A stretch of 60,679 nt of DNA, the filler included, from Candidatus Delongbacteria bacterium (GTDB taxonomy: Bacteria > UBA4055): assembly GCA_016937995.1 (NCBI GenBank). It is 4 parts of 4 records of this genome, joined end to end, with 100 filler letters (N's around TTAATTAATTAA, not from the genome) between each part and the next. Parts side by side here need not be neighbours in the genome. Positions count along the whole stretch, not along the records: positions 1 to 23,089 come from JAFGVM010000039.1; 3 more parts are not named here. One strand, 5' to 3'. A model generated the notes under the pieces. That model made no database searches. It was given only the letters and a program-made list of their open reading frames with translations, and was not told the DNA's origin. Shown piece by piece: positions 1-9,919 of this stretch (position 1 is its first letter; each line of letters begins with the position of its first letter). Made by a program: the position numbers and the translations under genes.

Positions 1-195
1 AAGGAAACAGGAAAAGTAAATTTGACAGTGTTTAATGTCGCAGGTGAAAAAGTTGCATCACTTGTTGATGATAAGCTTGAAAAAGGATTTCACAAGGTCA
101 ATTTTGATGCTTCTATGCTGAACAGCGGAGTTTACTATTATAAATTAGTGACTCCTGAGACAAGCATTACAAAAAAGATGGTTCTGGTTAAATAA
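1..195 (+). CDS. 3' end of a secreted protein with T9SS type-A/FlgD-Ig-like C-terminal sorting domain (partial, starts before window)
   Basis: Frame +1 reads KETGKVNLTVFNVAGEKVASLVDDKLEKGFHKVNFDASMLNSGVYYYKLVTPETSITKKMVLVK then TAA at 193-195; SGVYYY..KKMVLVK is the CTD signature. Confidence 0.85.
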   Translation, partial: KETGKVNLTVFNVAGEKVASLVDDKLEKGFHKVNFDASMLNSGVYYYKLVTPETSITKKMVLVK

Positions 196-205
196 AACTG
201 AGAAA

Positions 206-234
206 GAGTACGGGTATTTCGCATACCCGCACTC
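206..234 (+). terminator. Stem-loop after the CTD gene
   Basis: GAGTACGGGTAT-ttcgc-ATACCCGCACTC, 11/12 paired; no clear U-tract. Confidence 0.5.
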
Positions 235-278
235 GTCTACTGCAAATGAAGACTTGCTTAAATTAATAAATTAAATTG

Positions 279-307
279 TTGACAGTTTCGTTAATTTTCT
301 TTATTTT
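279..307 (+). promoter_or_regulatory. sigma70-type promoter for the 1224-aa gene
   Basis: TTGACA-N17-TATTTT; GGAGG SD upstream of ATG 377. Confidence 0.5.
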
Positions 308-376
308 AACCGAGTGGAATAGTAAATGACAAAAATCATAATAAAAGCAAAACTAGAAAACTAAACGGAGGAGAGT

Positions 377-3300
377 ATGTTAAAAAGACTAGGAAAGCTT
401 CTTCTTGTAGCTTTAGTTCTTATCGCATCCGGATTGTACGCTCAAAAGAGTAATTTGATCGAAAAGCGTTACATGGTAGATGAGAACGGAAACAAGATAA
501 CGATGAGAAAAGTTGCAGGTTATCCGCCTGCAGTACTTCCAGTAAGTGATTACACACCACCTAAAACAATGCAAAAAGGTATTTTCTTTGCATTGGACAA
601 TGTTCCGGGATATGATTGGGCATACGGTTGTACAGCGACAGCAACAGCAATGTTAGCAGCATATTACGACCATCACGGTGTTGTTAACGCTTACACCGGT
701 CCTCTTGGACCACTTGCACCTGCGACAAACGCAACATGGAATTCTCAAGCATCTACAACAGGTACTTCAGAAAATCCAATAGCCGGTACAAACAATGGTG
801 TTGACGGAAGAGACAAGAATGGTCACTCTGATGACTATTGGACAAACTACGGTGATGAAGCAACAGATCCGTATTATGGAGCTTGGGCAGAGCACACTTA
901 CTATGAAAATGACACTTATAGCGCTTGTACTGCTGACTACATGGGTACCAACCAGTGGTATAACTGGGAAAACTCTGATGGTAGTACTTCTATCTGGAGT
1001 AGTCCGGGTGGTGTTTATGACTATGTTGGATCTGAAGCTTCAACTCCTGCTTTAAGAGACGGTATCCATGGTCTAAGATTATTTTGGGAAGCTTTAGGTT
1101 ACACAGTTGACTTGAACTACACTAGAACAATCACAGGTTATAACGATCCTGATGATGATCCTGATTTGGGTCCTGCAACTGGTGGATTTACTTTCGAAAT
1201 GTATATGAACGAGATCGATCAGGGTTTACCTGTGATCGTTCAGATCGAAGGTCACTCTATGACAGGTTATGGTTATGATAACACAGATGAATTAAATCCA
1301 AAGGTTATTGTTCGTGATACTTGGAGTTATGATGTTTCAGATACTCATGTTATGCCTTGGGGTGGACTATATTCAAATATGCAGCACTATGCAATTTCAG
1401 TTATCCACTTAGGGACTGAGAGCGGTTGGTTCGCACCGCAGAACGTTTTAGCGTTAAACAACAACAGAACAGTTACTGTTACTTGGGATGACCCTTCAAA
1501 AGGCACAGTAGCTGACATTGAGTACGAAGTTTACAGAGACGACGTATTACAGGCAACTGTTTCTACTGAGTCTTTCCAGGAAGTATTTACTGCTACCGGT
1601 GACGGACTTCACACTTATTACGTAAAAACTGTTTACCCTTCTGTTCCTTATACTACTTTAGCTTCTATGTCTTCTTCAGTTATTGTTTGTGCTTCCGTAA
1701 CTGAATTCCACGATGATTTTGAAAGTGGAGATGGACAGTGGATGTTAAATGACGGATGGGGACTTGATACTGACTATAAGATCAGCGGAACTTATTCATT
1801 ATCAGAAAGCCCTGGCGGAAACTATGTTGATAATACTGACCAATTACCAATGGGTGGATCTGTTGGTGAGATCGCTCCTGGTCTAAACTTTTCAGCAGCA
1901 GCTGATGCGTCTGTGGACTTCTGGTTCAGATATGACATCGAGTTAAGTTTCGACTACATGCACCTACAAACATGTAAAGATGGTATCAACTGGGTTTCAA
2001 TCAAGGTATGGGATGGTGAAACTCCTGCCTGGGCTCAGGAAAATATCAGTTTAGGTCTTTATGCGGGTGAAAGCAATGTTAGGATCAGATTCTTATTCAT
2101 TTCTGACCCTGGTTATAATACTGAAGGTTCTAACATTGATGATATCAATATTATGCCATCAGCAACTGATCTTGCACCGCCTTATGTGTTCTATTCTAAG
2201 GAAAAAGATTATTACGACAACAATCCTGAAGGTTTTGAAATAACTTCAGATATTACTGACTTTACAGGAATCGATTATGCTAGCGTTATTTATAGTGTTA
2301 ACGGTGGCGGAAGTCAATCAGTATCTGCTTGGCAGATTCTTGGTGATACTTATTATTTCACTATTCCTGAACAAACTCCTGGAGATCATGTAGAATTCTG
2401 GTTTGACTGCCAAGATACGGCACCGGCAAGCAACCAAAGTACTTCAGTACATCACGAGTACTACGCCGGTCTACATCAGAAATTTGATGATGGAATCGTA
2501 AGTTACTACTCTGAGCTTGTAACTACTACTGCTCAGTATGATTATGTAGCTCACGCTAACAAATGCTATTCATTCCACGAAGATATCGTTGGTGTTGTTA
2601 TCAGAGGTTATGATGATGTAAGTCAACCGGACGACAACTCGGATATGATGATTCACGTATGGGCTGACAACGGTGGTCTACCTGGTGCTGATGTTATCAC
2701 ACCTTTACAGGTACCTAACCCTGCTACTCTAGCTGAAACTAATAAGTGGGCATATATTGACCTAAGCGGATATCCAGCTTTAACAGACTATACAGGTGAC
2801 TACTACATCGGTATTACTTGTGCAACAGGTGGACCTTCAGATGTAACACGTACTACTTCAGGTGCTCCATCTGAGTATCAAGGTTACGATTATGGAAAAG
2901 CTTATCTTCAGTTATACATGGAGAACGGTTCAGCTTTAACATGGGAAAAAGAGACAGGAACTCTTTATCACGTAAGAGCCGTTACAACTAACTATCAATT
3001 AACTCCTGGTGTTATTGTTGCTAATCCTAATCCTTTGGATGAGTCATTACCTCTTGATGATACAGCTTCTGATAATCTTACACTTACAAATGAAGGTGGA
3101 TTTGATTATACATACAATGCTGTATATGAGTACCTGACATGGCCGGGAATGAAAGCAAAAGCTGATGTTACTGTTGAGTCAAATGACTTTGAATCAGGTC
3201 TTGTTTACGTTAACAACCCTGGTAGTTGGGCTACTGCAACAGGACTTACCGGAACTTGTGCACGTGTTGCTGTTCAAGGGTTACATTACTTAGAATCTGC

Positions 3301-4051
3301 AGCATTTGACGGAACTTTAGCAAGTGTTTTGAGTCTTGACTTTGATCAATCATCTAATGTTAGAACCGGTGGTTATAACGATGTTGAGTATTCTATCGAT
3401 GGTGGAACTAACTGGGTACAAGTTTATCATGCTACTACATCAACAACAGTTAGTCCTCATATCACACTTCCAAACGTAAGTAACAACATGAAGATAAGAT
3501 TCATTGGAAACATCACAAGATCTACAGGTCAAACAGGAAACTGGTTAATTGATAATGTTGTGGTTTACGGACCACAGGCAATTGATTTTGACTGGATGAC
3601 TCTTGACGGTGGAACATCAACTTCAGGTACTGTTACTACTACAGGTAATGATGTTATCGCAGTTGGTTACGATACAAATGGTGCTACTATCGTTGAAGGT
3701 GACTATACTGCAAATATTAACATTACAGCTCCTGGATCAGATCCGGTATCTGTACCTGTTACAATGACTGTTGGACCGATAACAACACAAGATCCAGAAG
3801 TACCCGCAAATGTAGTTACCAGCATTGCAGGTTCTAATCTTGTAATTGATTGGGATGTTTCTGCTTACGCAACAGGATATGATGTTTATTCATCAGATGA
3901 TCCTTACGGAACATTCACATTAGCCGCTTCAGTTGGAACTAATCAGTATACAGTTGCTGCTGATCAGGCTAAACTATTCTATTATATTGTTGCTACAAAT
4001 TCTACAAAATCAACACCAAAAGTAACAGTAAAAGTAGGATCTGCTAGATAA
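377..4051 (+). CDS. Large secreted papain-fold cysteine peptidase (C39-like/C10-like) with Fn3 and beta-sandwich domains
   Basis: Signal peptide; YGCTATATAM (Cys), EGHSMTGYGY (His), VRDTW (Asp); Fn3-like APQNV..VTVTW..YEVYRD; DDFESG beta-sandwich modules; C-terminal Fn3-like module. Confidence 0.7.
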   Translation: MLKRLGKLLLVALVLIASGLYAQKSNLIEKRYMVDENGNKITMRKVAGYPPAVLPVSDYTPPKTMQKGIFFALDNVPGYDWAYGCTATATAMLAAYYDHHGVVNAYTGPLGPLAPATNATWNSQASTTGTSENPIAGTNNGVDGRDKNGHSDDYWTNYGDEATDPYYGAWAEHTYYENDTYSACTADYMGTNQWYNWENSDGSTSIWSSPGGVYDYVGSEASTPALRDGIHGLRLFWEALGYTVDLNYTRTITGYNDPDDDPDLGPATGGFTFEMYMNEIDQGLPVIVQIEGHSMTGYGYDNTDELNPKVIVRDTWSYDVSDTHVMPWGGLYSNMQHYAISVIHLGTESGWFAPQNVLALNNNRTVTVTWDDPSKGTVADIEYEVYRDDVLQATVSTESFQEVFTATGDGLHTYYVKTVYPSVPYTTLASMSSSVIVCASVTEFHDDFESGDGQWMLNDGWGLDTDYKISGTYSLSESPGGNYVDNTDQLPMGGSVGEIAPGLNFSAAADASVDFWFRYDIELSFDYMHLQTCKDGINWVSIKVWDGETPAWAQENISLGLYAGESNVRIRFLFISDPGYNTEGSNIDDINIMPSATDLAPPYVFYSKEKDYYDNNPEGFEITSDITDFTGIDYASVIYSVNGGGSQSVSAWQILGDTYYFTIPEQTPGDHVEFWFDCQDTAPASNQSTSVHHEYYAGLHQKFDDGIVSYYSELVTTTAQYDYVAHANKCYSFHEDIVGVVIRGYDDVSQPDDNSDMMIHVWADNGGLPGADVITPLQVPNPATLAETNKWAYIDLSGYPALTDYTGDYYIGITCATGGPSDVTRTTSGAPSEYQGYDYGKAYLQLYMENGSALTWEKETGTLYHVRAVTTNYQLTPGVIVANPNPLDESLPLDDTASDNLTLTNEGGFDYTYNAVYEYLTWPGMKAKADVTVESNDFESGLVYVNNPGSWATATGLTGTCARVAVQGLHYLESAAFDGTLASVLSLDFDQSSNVRTGGYNDVEYSIDGGTNWVQVYHATTSTTVSPHITLPNVSNNMKIRFIGNITRSTGQTGNWLIDNVVVYGPQAIDFDWMTLDGGTSTSGTVTTTGNDVIAVGYDTNGATIVEGDYTANINITAPGSDPVSVPVTMTVGPITTQDPEVPANVVTSIAGSNLVIDWDVSAYATGYDVYSSDDPYGTFTLAASVGTNQYTVAADQAKLFYYIVATNSTKSTPKVTVKVGSAR

Positions 4052-4078
4052 TATCAAGTTATATTATATGGTAAAAAG

Positions 4079-4105
4079 AAAGAGACCTTCGGGTCTCTTT
4101 TTTTT
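4079..4105 (+). terminator. Rho-independent terminator
   Basis: AAAGAGACC-TTCG-GGTCTCTTT followed by T-run. Confidence 0.9.
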
Positions 4106-4176
4106 ATTTAAAGAATGAATTGAATAAAGAAACATTCGGTGTTATATTTCAGTACAAAGAGAATGATATTAATTAA

Positions 4177-5070
4177 ATGTATATAGGGATGGTCATGAAT
4201 TTAGAATTGTTTAAATCATTAAAGAAAATCTCAATTGTTGTATTTGTCGTTGTATTATTATTTTCATGTACAAAAAATAATGAAAACAACTCAAACGATG
4301 ATAATAATATTGGATCGGAAAGACCTGTAAGAGTAGTATCATGGGACAAATTGAAAGAAAAAGACGGGATTATGTATGAATTCATGAAAAGCGTTCCTTT
4401 CACAGGAAAAAGTGTAAGATACACTGATGACAGCTTATTGTTCCAGGAGAAAAATTATAAACTTGGTAAATTGAACGGTCAGATGATATACAGATATTCT
4501 AATGGACAAAAAGAGTTTGAATTATACTGGTTAAGCGGAAAAAAACATGGTAAGAGCTTTAAGTGGACCAAAGAAGGTCAACTTATAATGGAAGAGAATT
4601 ATCAATATGGGAATTTTCATGGTACCAATAAAGAATGGTATGAAAATGGTCAACTGAAAGCTCAAGTACATTTTAAAGAAGGTAAAAATCACAGAAAAGC
4701 TGAGTACTGGTATATGAACGGTCAAAAAAGTATAGAGCAGAATTATAATATGGGTGAGAAAGACGGAGAAAGCATATACTGGTATGAAAATGGTCAAATG
4801 AAAGGTAGAGGTAAATTTGTAAACGGTATTGTTGATGGCAAGGTCGAAGGATGGTGGGATAACGGTAATAAGCAATACGAAGGATATTATGAAAACGGAA
4901 AAATGAATGGTACATTTTTAAACTGGTACACAGACGGAAAGATAAAATCTGAAGAGAATTTTAAAGATGATATAAAAAATGGTAAATTTATCAAATGGGA
5001 TAAAGAAGGAAACATTACAGAAGAGATACATTATAAAGATGGTAAAGAGACCGAAAGAGTGATCGGTTAA
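4177..5070 (+). CDS. MORN-variant repeat lipoprotein (YwqK-like)
   Basis: Lipobox LFSC; many WYENGQLKxExxYKxGKxxG-type repeats; true start may be a few codons downstream. Confidence 0.85.
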   Translation: MYIGMVMNLELFKSLKKISIVVFVVVLLFSCTKNNENNSNDDNNIGSERPVRVVSWDKLKEKDGIMYEFMKSVPFTGKSVRYTDDSLLFQEKNYKLGKLNGQMIYRYSNGQKEFELYWLSGKKHGKSFKWTKEGQLIMEENYQYGNFHGTNKEWYENGQLKAQVHFKEGKNHRKAEYWYMNGQKSIEQNYNMGEKDGESIYWYENGQMKGRGKFVNGIVDGKVEGWWDNGNKQYEGYYENGKMNGTFLNWYTDGKIKSEENFKDDIKNGKFIKWDKEGNITEEIHYKDGKETERVIG

Positions 5071-5096
5071 CCTTTTAACTTCATCATCAAATTCAG

Positions 5097-5123
5097 AAGA
5101 GATCACCATGATCTCTTTTTTTT
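5097..5123 (+). terminator. Rho-independent terminator
   Basis: AAGAGATCA-cca-TGATCTCTT plus T-run. Confidence 0.85.
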
Positions 5124-5170
5124 ATTTCAAAAGCTTTAGGGATGCTATATATTTTGTTTAATGAAACACA

Positions 5171-5199
5171 TGACAACCTTTTTGTATTTTTTTTGTCTA
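5171..5199 (+). promoter_or_regulatory. Putative ECF sigma promoter P1
   Basis: TGACAAC-N17-GTCTA; same motif and spacing at 5403-5431. Confidence 0.55.
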
Positions 5200-5231
5200 T
5201 AAATTGAGAAAAAAAAAGAAAGGAGAAAATC

Positions 5232-5390
5232 ATGTACTGCAACGACTCAAAACATATCAGCGAAATGATAAAAATTAAAAAATTATCAAAAAAAGAAGCA
5301 AAACAATTAGCTGGTATCCATGTAAAGTATGAAATGAATAAGTTTAAGTTCAGGCCTTACTCTTATAATTTCAGCTTTATGCTCAAGTAA
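5232..5390 (+). CDS. Unannotated small basic protein, 52 aa
   Basis: AAGGAGAAAATC-ATG strong SD; MYCNDSKHISEMIKIKKLSKKEAKQLAGIHVKYEMNKFKFRPYSYNFSFMLK*; shorter than any ORF in the track. Confidence 0.55.
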   Translation: MYCNDSKHISEMIKIKKLSKKEAKQLAGIHVKYEMNKFKFRPYSYNFSFMLK

Positions 5391-5402
5391 GTTAATAAAG
5401 AA

Positions 5403-5431
5403 TGACAACTATTCTAGAAAAAAGTTGTCAA
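5403..5431 (+). promoter_or_regulatory. Putative ECF sigma autoregulatory promoter P2
   Basis: TGACAAC-N17-GTCAA about 40 nt upstream of the ECF sigma ATG; also an 8-bp inverted repeat TGACAACT/AGTTGTCA. Confidence 0.6.
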
Positions 5432-5470
5432 ATGCTTTGAACAGCTGTTTTCCCGGGAGAAATAATAAAA

Positions 5471-6031
5471 ATGATAGTAAGTCAATCGATCGAGAAGGAA
5501 TTAATTAGAAAGGCGAAAGAAGGTAATAATAAAGCTTTCGAAAAACTGATAACAAGGTATGATAGAAGGATAATGGATATGCTGTTGAATATACTTAAAA
5601 ATGAAGCTGATGCTGCTGATGCCTATCAAAATACTTTTATAAAGGTGTATAGAAGCCTTGATAATTTTAAAGGAGATTCTTCTTTCTACACATGGGTTTA
5701 CAGGATAGCATTGAACACAGCATATACACATTACTCCAAAAGACAGAAAGTGGAAGGAGTATTCATGCCGGAGTTGAATGAGGATATTCTGGCAGATGAC
5801 AGTGCAGAAGATGATATATTCGCTGAAAAGGATCCAAGAGAAGTTGTACGTAATGAGTTAGAGCTTCTTTCAGTTCAGCAGAAAAATGTAGTTTATATGA
5901 AGAGTTATGAAGGCAAAAAATTCAGAGAAATAGCCGAGATACTGTCATTGAACGAAGGTACAGTTAAAAAATATTATCATAGAGCTGTACAGAAAATTAA
6001 AAAGAGACTTACTTCAACTAACACTATATAA
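5471..6031 (+). CDS. ECF sigma-70 family RNA polymerase sigma factor
   Basis: 186 aa; region 2 DAADAYQNTFIKVY..F.GDSSFYTWVYRIALN; region 4 KFREIAEILSLNEGTVKKYYHRA. Confidence 0.93.
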   Translation: MIVSQSIEKELIRKAKEGNNKAFEKLITRYDRRIMDMLLNILKNEADAADAYQNTFIKVYRSLDNFKGDSSFYTWVYRIALNTAYTHYSKRQKVEGVFMPELNEDILADDSAEDDIFAEKDPREVVRNELELLSVQQKNVVYMKSYEGKKFREIAEILSLNEGTVKKYYHRAVQKIKKRLTSTNTI

Positions 6032-7011
6032 TGGGTGATAATATGAAAGATATAAAAGAGAGAATATTCGATCTTGTTTACGATGAAATTGAGGATGAAT
6101 TACAAAAGCGATCTATTCTGGAAGCGATAGGAAGCGATCCTGAGCTAAAAAATTTTTATTTAGAACTGAAAGAAGATGCTGACCTTATAAAAGAGGAAGA
6201 CTTCATATCCTCAGAAAGTAGTTTTTTGGAATCAAACAGATCTCAATTATTCGATAAAATAAAAAATATTGAATTGGTAGATGAACAGGATAAATCAGCT
6301 AATAATGTATTTGATTTTGTAAAACGTGCTAAGTTTAATATCGTGTTAAAATATGCTGCTGTGGTATTATTAACTTTTTATGCTACGATGTATCATTTCA
6401 GCGGTCAAAAACAGCAAGCAGACCAAAGTTCAGGTTATGATAATTTCAACAGCTCATATAATGAGGATCCGAATTTACAGCAGGTTAACTATATTGAAGG
6501 TTCACCGTTCGCTGAAACTGACAGGCAATTGGAAAATTATAGAGTTGATAATCTTGAAATTGACGATAAGGGTGAAGATATTCAGATCGATTTTGACATA
6601 AGTACAAGCAAAACTATAAAGGGTAAAAAGAACGATCCTGTGATTATTAAAACGCTGAAATATTTAATAGCTCATGAAAGTAATCCCGGAGTAAAACTAA
6701 GGACACTTAAAGCAATGGATAAATCCGGTACAAATAAATATGAGGAGACTTTGATAAATACAATGTTGAATGACAAGGATGAGCTTATTAGAAGAAAAGC
6801 TATGAAAATGATATCTAAATCTGAGATGAGTAAAAAAAGTATAGATGCATTGTATAATGTGGTTCTAAATGATCCTGATCAGGTCAATAGAATTGAAGCA
6901 TTGAGCATATTAGAGGAAAAAGATGCTCAATATGCTGATAAAGCTCTTACAAATATGCCTAATGAAGATGATGAATACTTGAAGTACAAAACTACTCTGA
7001 TAAATAAATAA
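6031..7011 (+). CDS. Putative anti-sigma factor, single TM with C-terminal HEAT repeats
   Basis: Coupled to ECF sigma; TM around YAAVVLLTFYATMY; HEAT-like ESNPGVKLRTLKAM, DKDELIRRKAM, DPDQVNRIEALSIL; start may be 6043. Confidence 0.7.
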   Translation: MGDNMKDIKERIFDLVYDEIEDELQKRSILEAIGSDPELKNFYLELKEDADLIKEEDFISSESSFLESNRSQLFDKIKNIELVDEQDKSANNVFDFVKRAKFNIVLKYAAVVLLTFYATMYHFSGQKQQADQSSGYDNFNSSYNEDPNLQQVNYIEGSPFAETDRQLENYRVDNLEIDDKGEDIQIDFDISTSKTIKGKKNDPVIIKTLKYLIAHESNPGVKLRTLKAMDKSGTNKYEETLINTMLNDKDELIRRKAMKMISKSEMSKKSIDALYNVVLNDPDQVNRIEALSILEEKDAQYADKALTNMPNEDDEYLKYKTTLINK

Positions 7012-7019
7012 TAAGGAAG

Positions 7020-8345
7020 GTGATAATAATGAAAAACGATAAGATAAAATATATATTGATAATATTGATACTGTTCACTGGATCAAAGCTAATATATGCA
7101 GCTGAAATTGAAAGATATACACTTCCATCAATGAACGGTGTTACTTTATTTGTTCTGAAAGGTGCTAATACAACCAAGCAAATTACCCTGAAAGGTAACG
7201 TATTAAATTTAAACGTAGTCGGTCTTGATAAAACAAAGTTTGAGTTATATACATCCATGGAAGATAATGAGCTTGAAAAACTCAATCAGAAGACATTTAA
7301 AGATATATCAGATAAAATAGAAAAAAAATTAAACACATCAATAAAGCTCAATGAAAATGAGAATGAATTCATCAAAGAACTTAGAGAAATGATGATGGAA
7401 TTCGATATGGTTAAGAAAGAATTCAAGGTTGTAATGTCACTTGAAGATCCTTCTAAGATAGAAAAAAGTATGAAGGATGAATTCAAAGATATTCAAGTAG
7501 AAAAAAAAGGTAATGAGATTGTTATTGACCTGAAAAAAGTAAAGAACAGTCTGCTTTTAGTTCCTGAGGATATATCACTGTTAATTGATATCAATAAGGG
7601 AAGCTTGAATTTACAGAACACGAACGGTGAAATTGTAATTAATGGTATGCAGCTTGAGACCAACATCACAAATGTGTCAGCTGTAATAAACTACAAGAAC
7701 AAATCCGGAGATATTTCTGTCAGCAACTATGAGGGTGTTGCAAACTTAAAGACACTTCAGGGGGATATTAATGTTATTAATTCATCAGGAAAAATGAATT
7801 TCAAAAGTGCTGCCGGAGACATAAACTTCAATAAGTTCATTGGTGATATAGATGTTGATATTCAAGTCGGTGATATAAAAATCCTTAATTCAGAGGATAT
7901 GACACTAAAAGTTGAGAATAAAAGCGGTGATATCGTAGTAAGAAATATTAAAGGTAAAAATATTGAAATAAACACAGCGTCATCAGATATAGGTATTTTT
8001 GATACGAACACAGAAAATATTAAAATATCTAATCTTTCCGGAGATGTATTACTGAATAAAGTTAAATCAGACCTTGAACTTGAAATAAACAGTGGGGATC
8101 TTCTGCTTAAAGACATTGAACCGCTTTTTAAGAAGGATTCAAAGATCGGTCTTAATTTTGGTGATATAGATATAGAACTTTCAGACCCGAAATTATACAA
8201 ATATTTCCAGTCGGTGAATGAAGATGAGATAGACTTTAAAGGTAAACTGAGTATAAATAAAGACCTTAAGATCTGCACTAAAGATAAAAAATGTATTGTG
8301 ATCAGCTTAAATAATGGACAAATCAGTGTAGGCAAAATAAAATAA
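7020..8345 (+). CDS. DUF4097-family beta-strand repeat protein, exported
   Basis: Signal peptide; repeated SGDI.V / QGDINV / AGDINF / VGDIKI motifs. Confidence 0.75.
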   Translation: MIIMKNDKIKYILIILILFTGSKLIYAAEIERYTLPSMNGVTLFVLKGANTTKQITLKGNVLNLNVVGLDKTKFELYTSMEDNELEKLNQKTFKDISDKIEKKLNTSIKLNENENEFIKELREMMMEFDMVKKEFKVVMSLEDPSKIEKSMKDEFKDIQVEKKGNEIVIDLKKVKNSLLLVPEDISLLIDINKGSLNLQNTNGEIVINGMQLETNITNVSAVINYKNKSGDISVSNYEGVANLKTLQGDINVINSSGKMNFKSAAGDINFNKFIGDIDVDIQVGDIKILNSEDMTLKVENKSGDIVVRNIKGKNIEINTASSDIGIFDTNTENIKISNLSGDVLLNKVKSDLELEINSGDLLLKDIEPLFKKDSKIGLNFGDIDIELSDPKLYKYFQSVNEDEIDFKGKLSINKDLKICTKDKKCIVISLNNGQISVGKIK

Positions 8346-8364
8346 TAACTAATGGAGTATTAAA

Positions 8365-9900
8365 ATGAAGATAAAGATGATAATATTAATTTTAATATCA
8401 ATGACATTTTTAAGGTCAGAAACAATTAGAAAATTCTCGGACTTTAGATTGGAAGAGAATGATTCTTTGAAAGCAGATGTTAAAGTTTTCAGAGGTGATG
8501 CAATTATTTATGGATATCTGGATGGTAATCTGGATGTTTATTCAGGAGATATAAAATTATTTAACAACGGAAAGATATCAGGAAAGACCAAAGCTTTTGC
8601 AGGAAAGGTTTATGATAATCATAAAGTTGATGAAAGTTCAAGCTATTATGTAGTGAATGAATTAAAAAATCTTGTCTTGGGAGATGATAGTTTTTATGGA
8701 GATAAAAAAGACAGTGAAATGAAGATAGTAATTGGTGGAGAGAGTTTAACAAAGAGATTACAGGCAGGTAACAGTGAAGAGAAAAGTTTTTATTTTCATA
8801 ATTCAGCAATAAAAAAAGATTTCTTCTCATATTCAAGTGTTGAAGGTGCTTATTTAGGGATACCAGCAAATATTAATTTGATAAATACAAATTATGCTGA
8901 ATTTGATTTTTACGGATCTATCGGATACGGATTTAAATCTGAGGAATGGCAGTATTATACTGACGAGAAACTTTCATTTTACGATAAAATATTCAGTATA
9001 GGTGCTACTCAATATTCAATTGCTGCAAGTGAAGATCAGTGGAAAATCCAGCCTTCAATAAACACGATGTCAGCTTTGTTCATACATGAAGATTTTTTCA
9101 ATTATTATCTAACTGAAGGATTTGGTTTTTATGCAGGAGCAATTTATGAATTGAAAACGGAGAAAACGTTAACACAGTTTGGATTAAAATTGGGTTTCTT
9201 TGAAGATAATATAAGTGAGATGCACAGGGTCAACAATTATTCTTTATTCACAGATGAAAAAGATTTCAGGCAGGTTAGTTTCTATGATGGGAATCTGGCA
9301 GATGAAGGGGTTATTAAGGAGATGCTGTATACAGGTCATGTGATTTCAAAATGGTCTAATCTTAATACGATCGCTGATATCAGTGGTACTTATGAAAGAA
9401 CACTTGATAATCTGGAACAGGATTTTGAATTCCAAAAATTCACAGTAAATTCATTCTTTGAAACTAAGTTTTCAAATATCCTGACTTTTTCAAATAAAAC
9501 AAGACTGGAGTCATGTTCTTTTCTTGATCCTACAGATCCTCATACTACACCAAACTTCAAATATACTACTTTAGGTGGTAACGGTACACTGCCGGGTTAT
9601 AAATTTAATGAGTTTGCGGGTAACAGAGCAATCTTGAACAGATCGATAATCGGATTTGAGGCAATTGATGTACTGGATTTCAGAGCTATATTTGATTTCG
9701 GAGAAGCATACGAATATGCTCCAAACTCTTCCAAAGAAAATCTTCTAGATGGTTTAGATAAATTCAGTACTAATACTTTAAAATCTTCTTTCGGTCTGGG
9801 AATGGCTTTTGATGATAAATTTCTCTTCTCCATTCATAAAAGATTAGATACCAACAAAGATCCATATCAATTGCAATTTTCAGTGATATATAATTATTAA
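8365..9900 (+). CDS. Outer-membrane beta-barrel (Omp85/surface-antigen-like) with N-terminal beta-solenoid
   Basis: Signal peptide; N-terminal GDAIIYGYLDGNLDVYSGDI bactofilin-like coils; TLGGNGTLPGY..EFAGN loop resembling Omp85 L6; aromatic C-terminal beta-signal YQLQFSVIYNY. Confidence 0.6.
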   Translation: MKIKMIILILISMTFLRSETIRKFSDFRLEENDSLKADVKVFRGDAIIYGYLDGNLDVYSGDIKLFNNGKISGKTKAFAGKVYDNHKVDESSSYYVVNELKNLVLGDDSFYGDKKDSEMKIVIGGESLTKRLQAGNSEEKSFYFHNSAIKKDFFSYSSVEGAYLGIPANINLINTNYAEFDFYGSIGYGFKSEEWQYYTDEKLSFYDKIFSIGATQYSIAASEDQWKIQPSINTMSALFIHEDFFNYYLTEGFGFYAGAIYELKTEKTLTQFGLKLGFFEDNISEMHRVNNYSLFTDEKDFRQVSFYDGNLADEGVIKEMLYTGHVISKWSNLNTIADISGTYERTLDNLEQDFEFQKFTVNSFFETKFSNILTFSNKTRLESCSFLDPTDPHTTPNFKYTTLGGNGTLPGYKFNEFAGNRAILNRSIIGFEAIDVLDFRAIFDFGEAYEYAPNSSKENLLDGLDKFSTNTLKSSFGLGMAFDDKFLFSIHKRLDTNKDPYQLQFSVIYNY

Positions 9901-9919
9901 TCAGACATTATAGGGGGAT

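Noticed and set aside
4177-5070. Toxin-antitoxin pair (YwqK antitoxin label)
   Set aside because: Only generic MORN-variant repeats on a lipoprotein; no adjacent toxin gene
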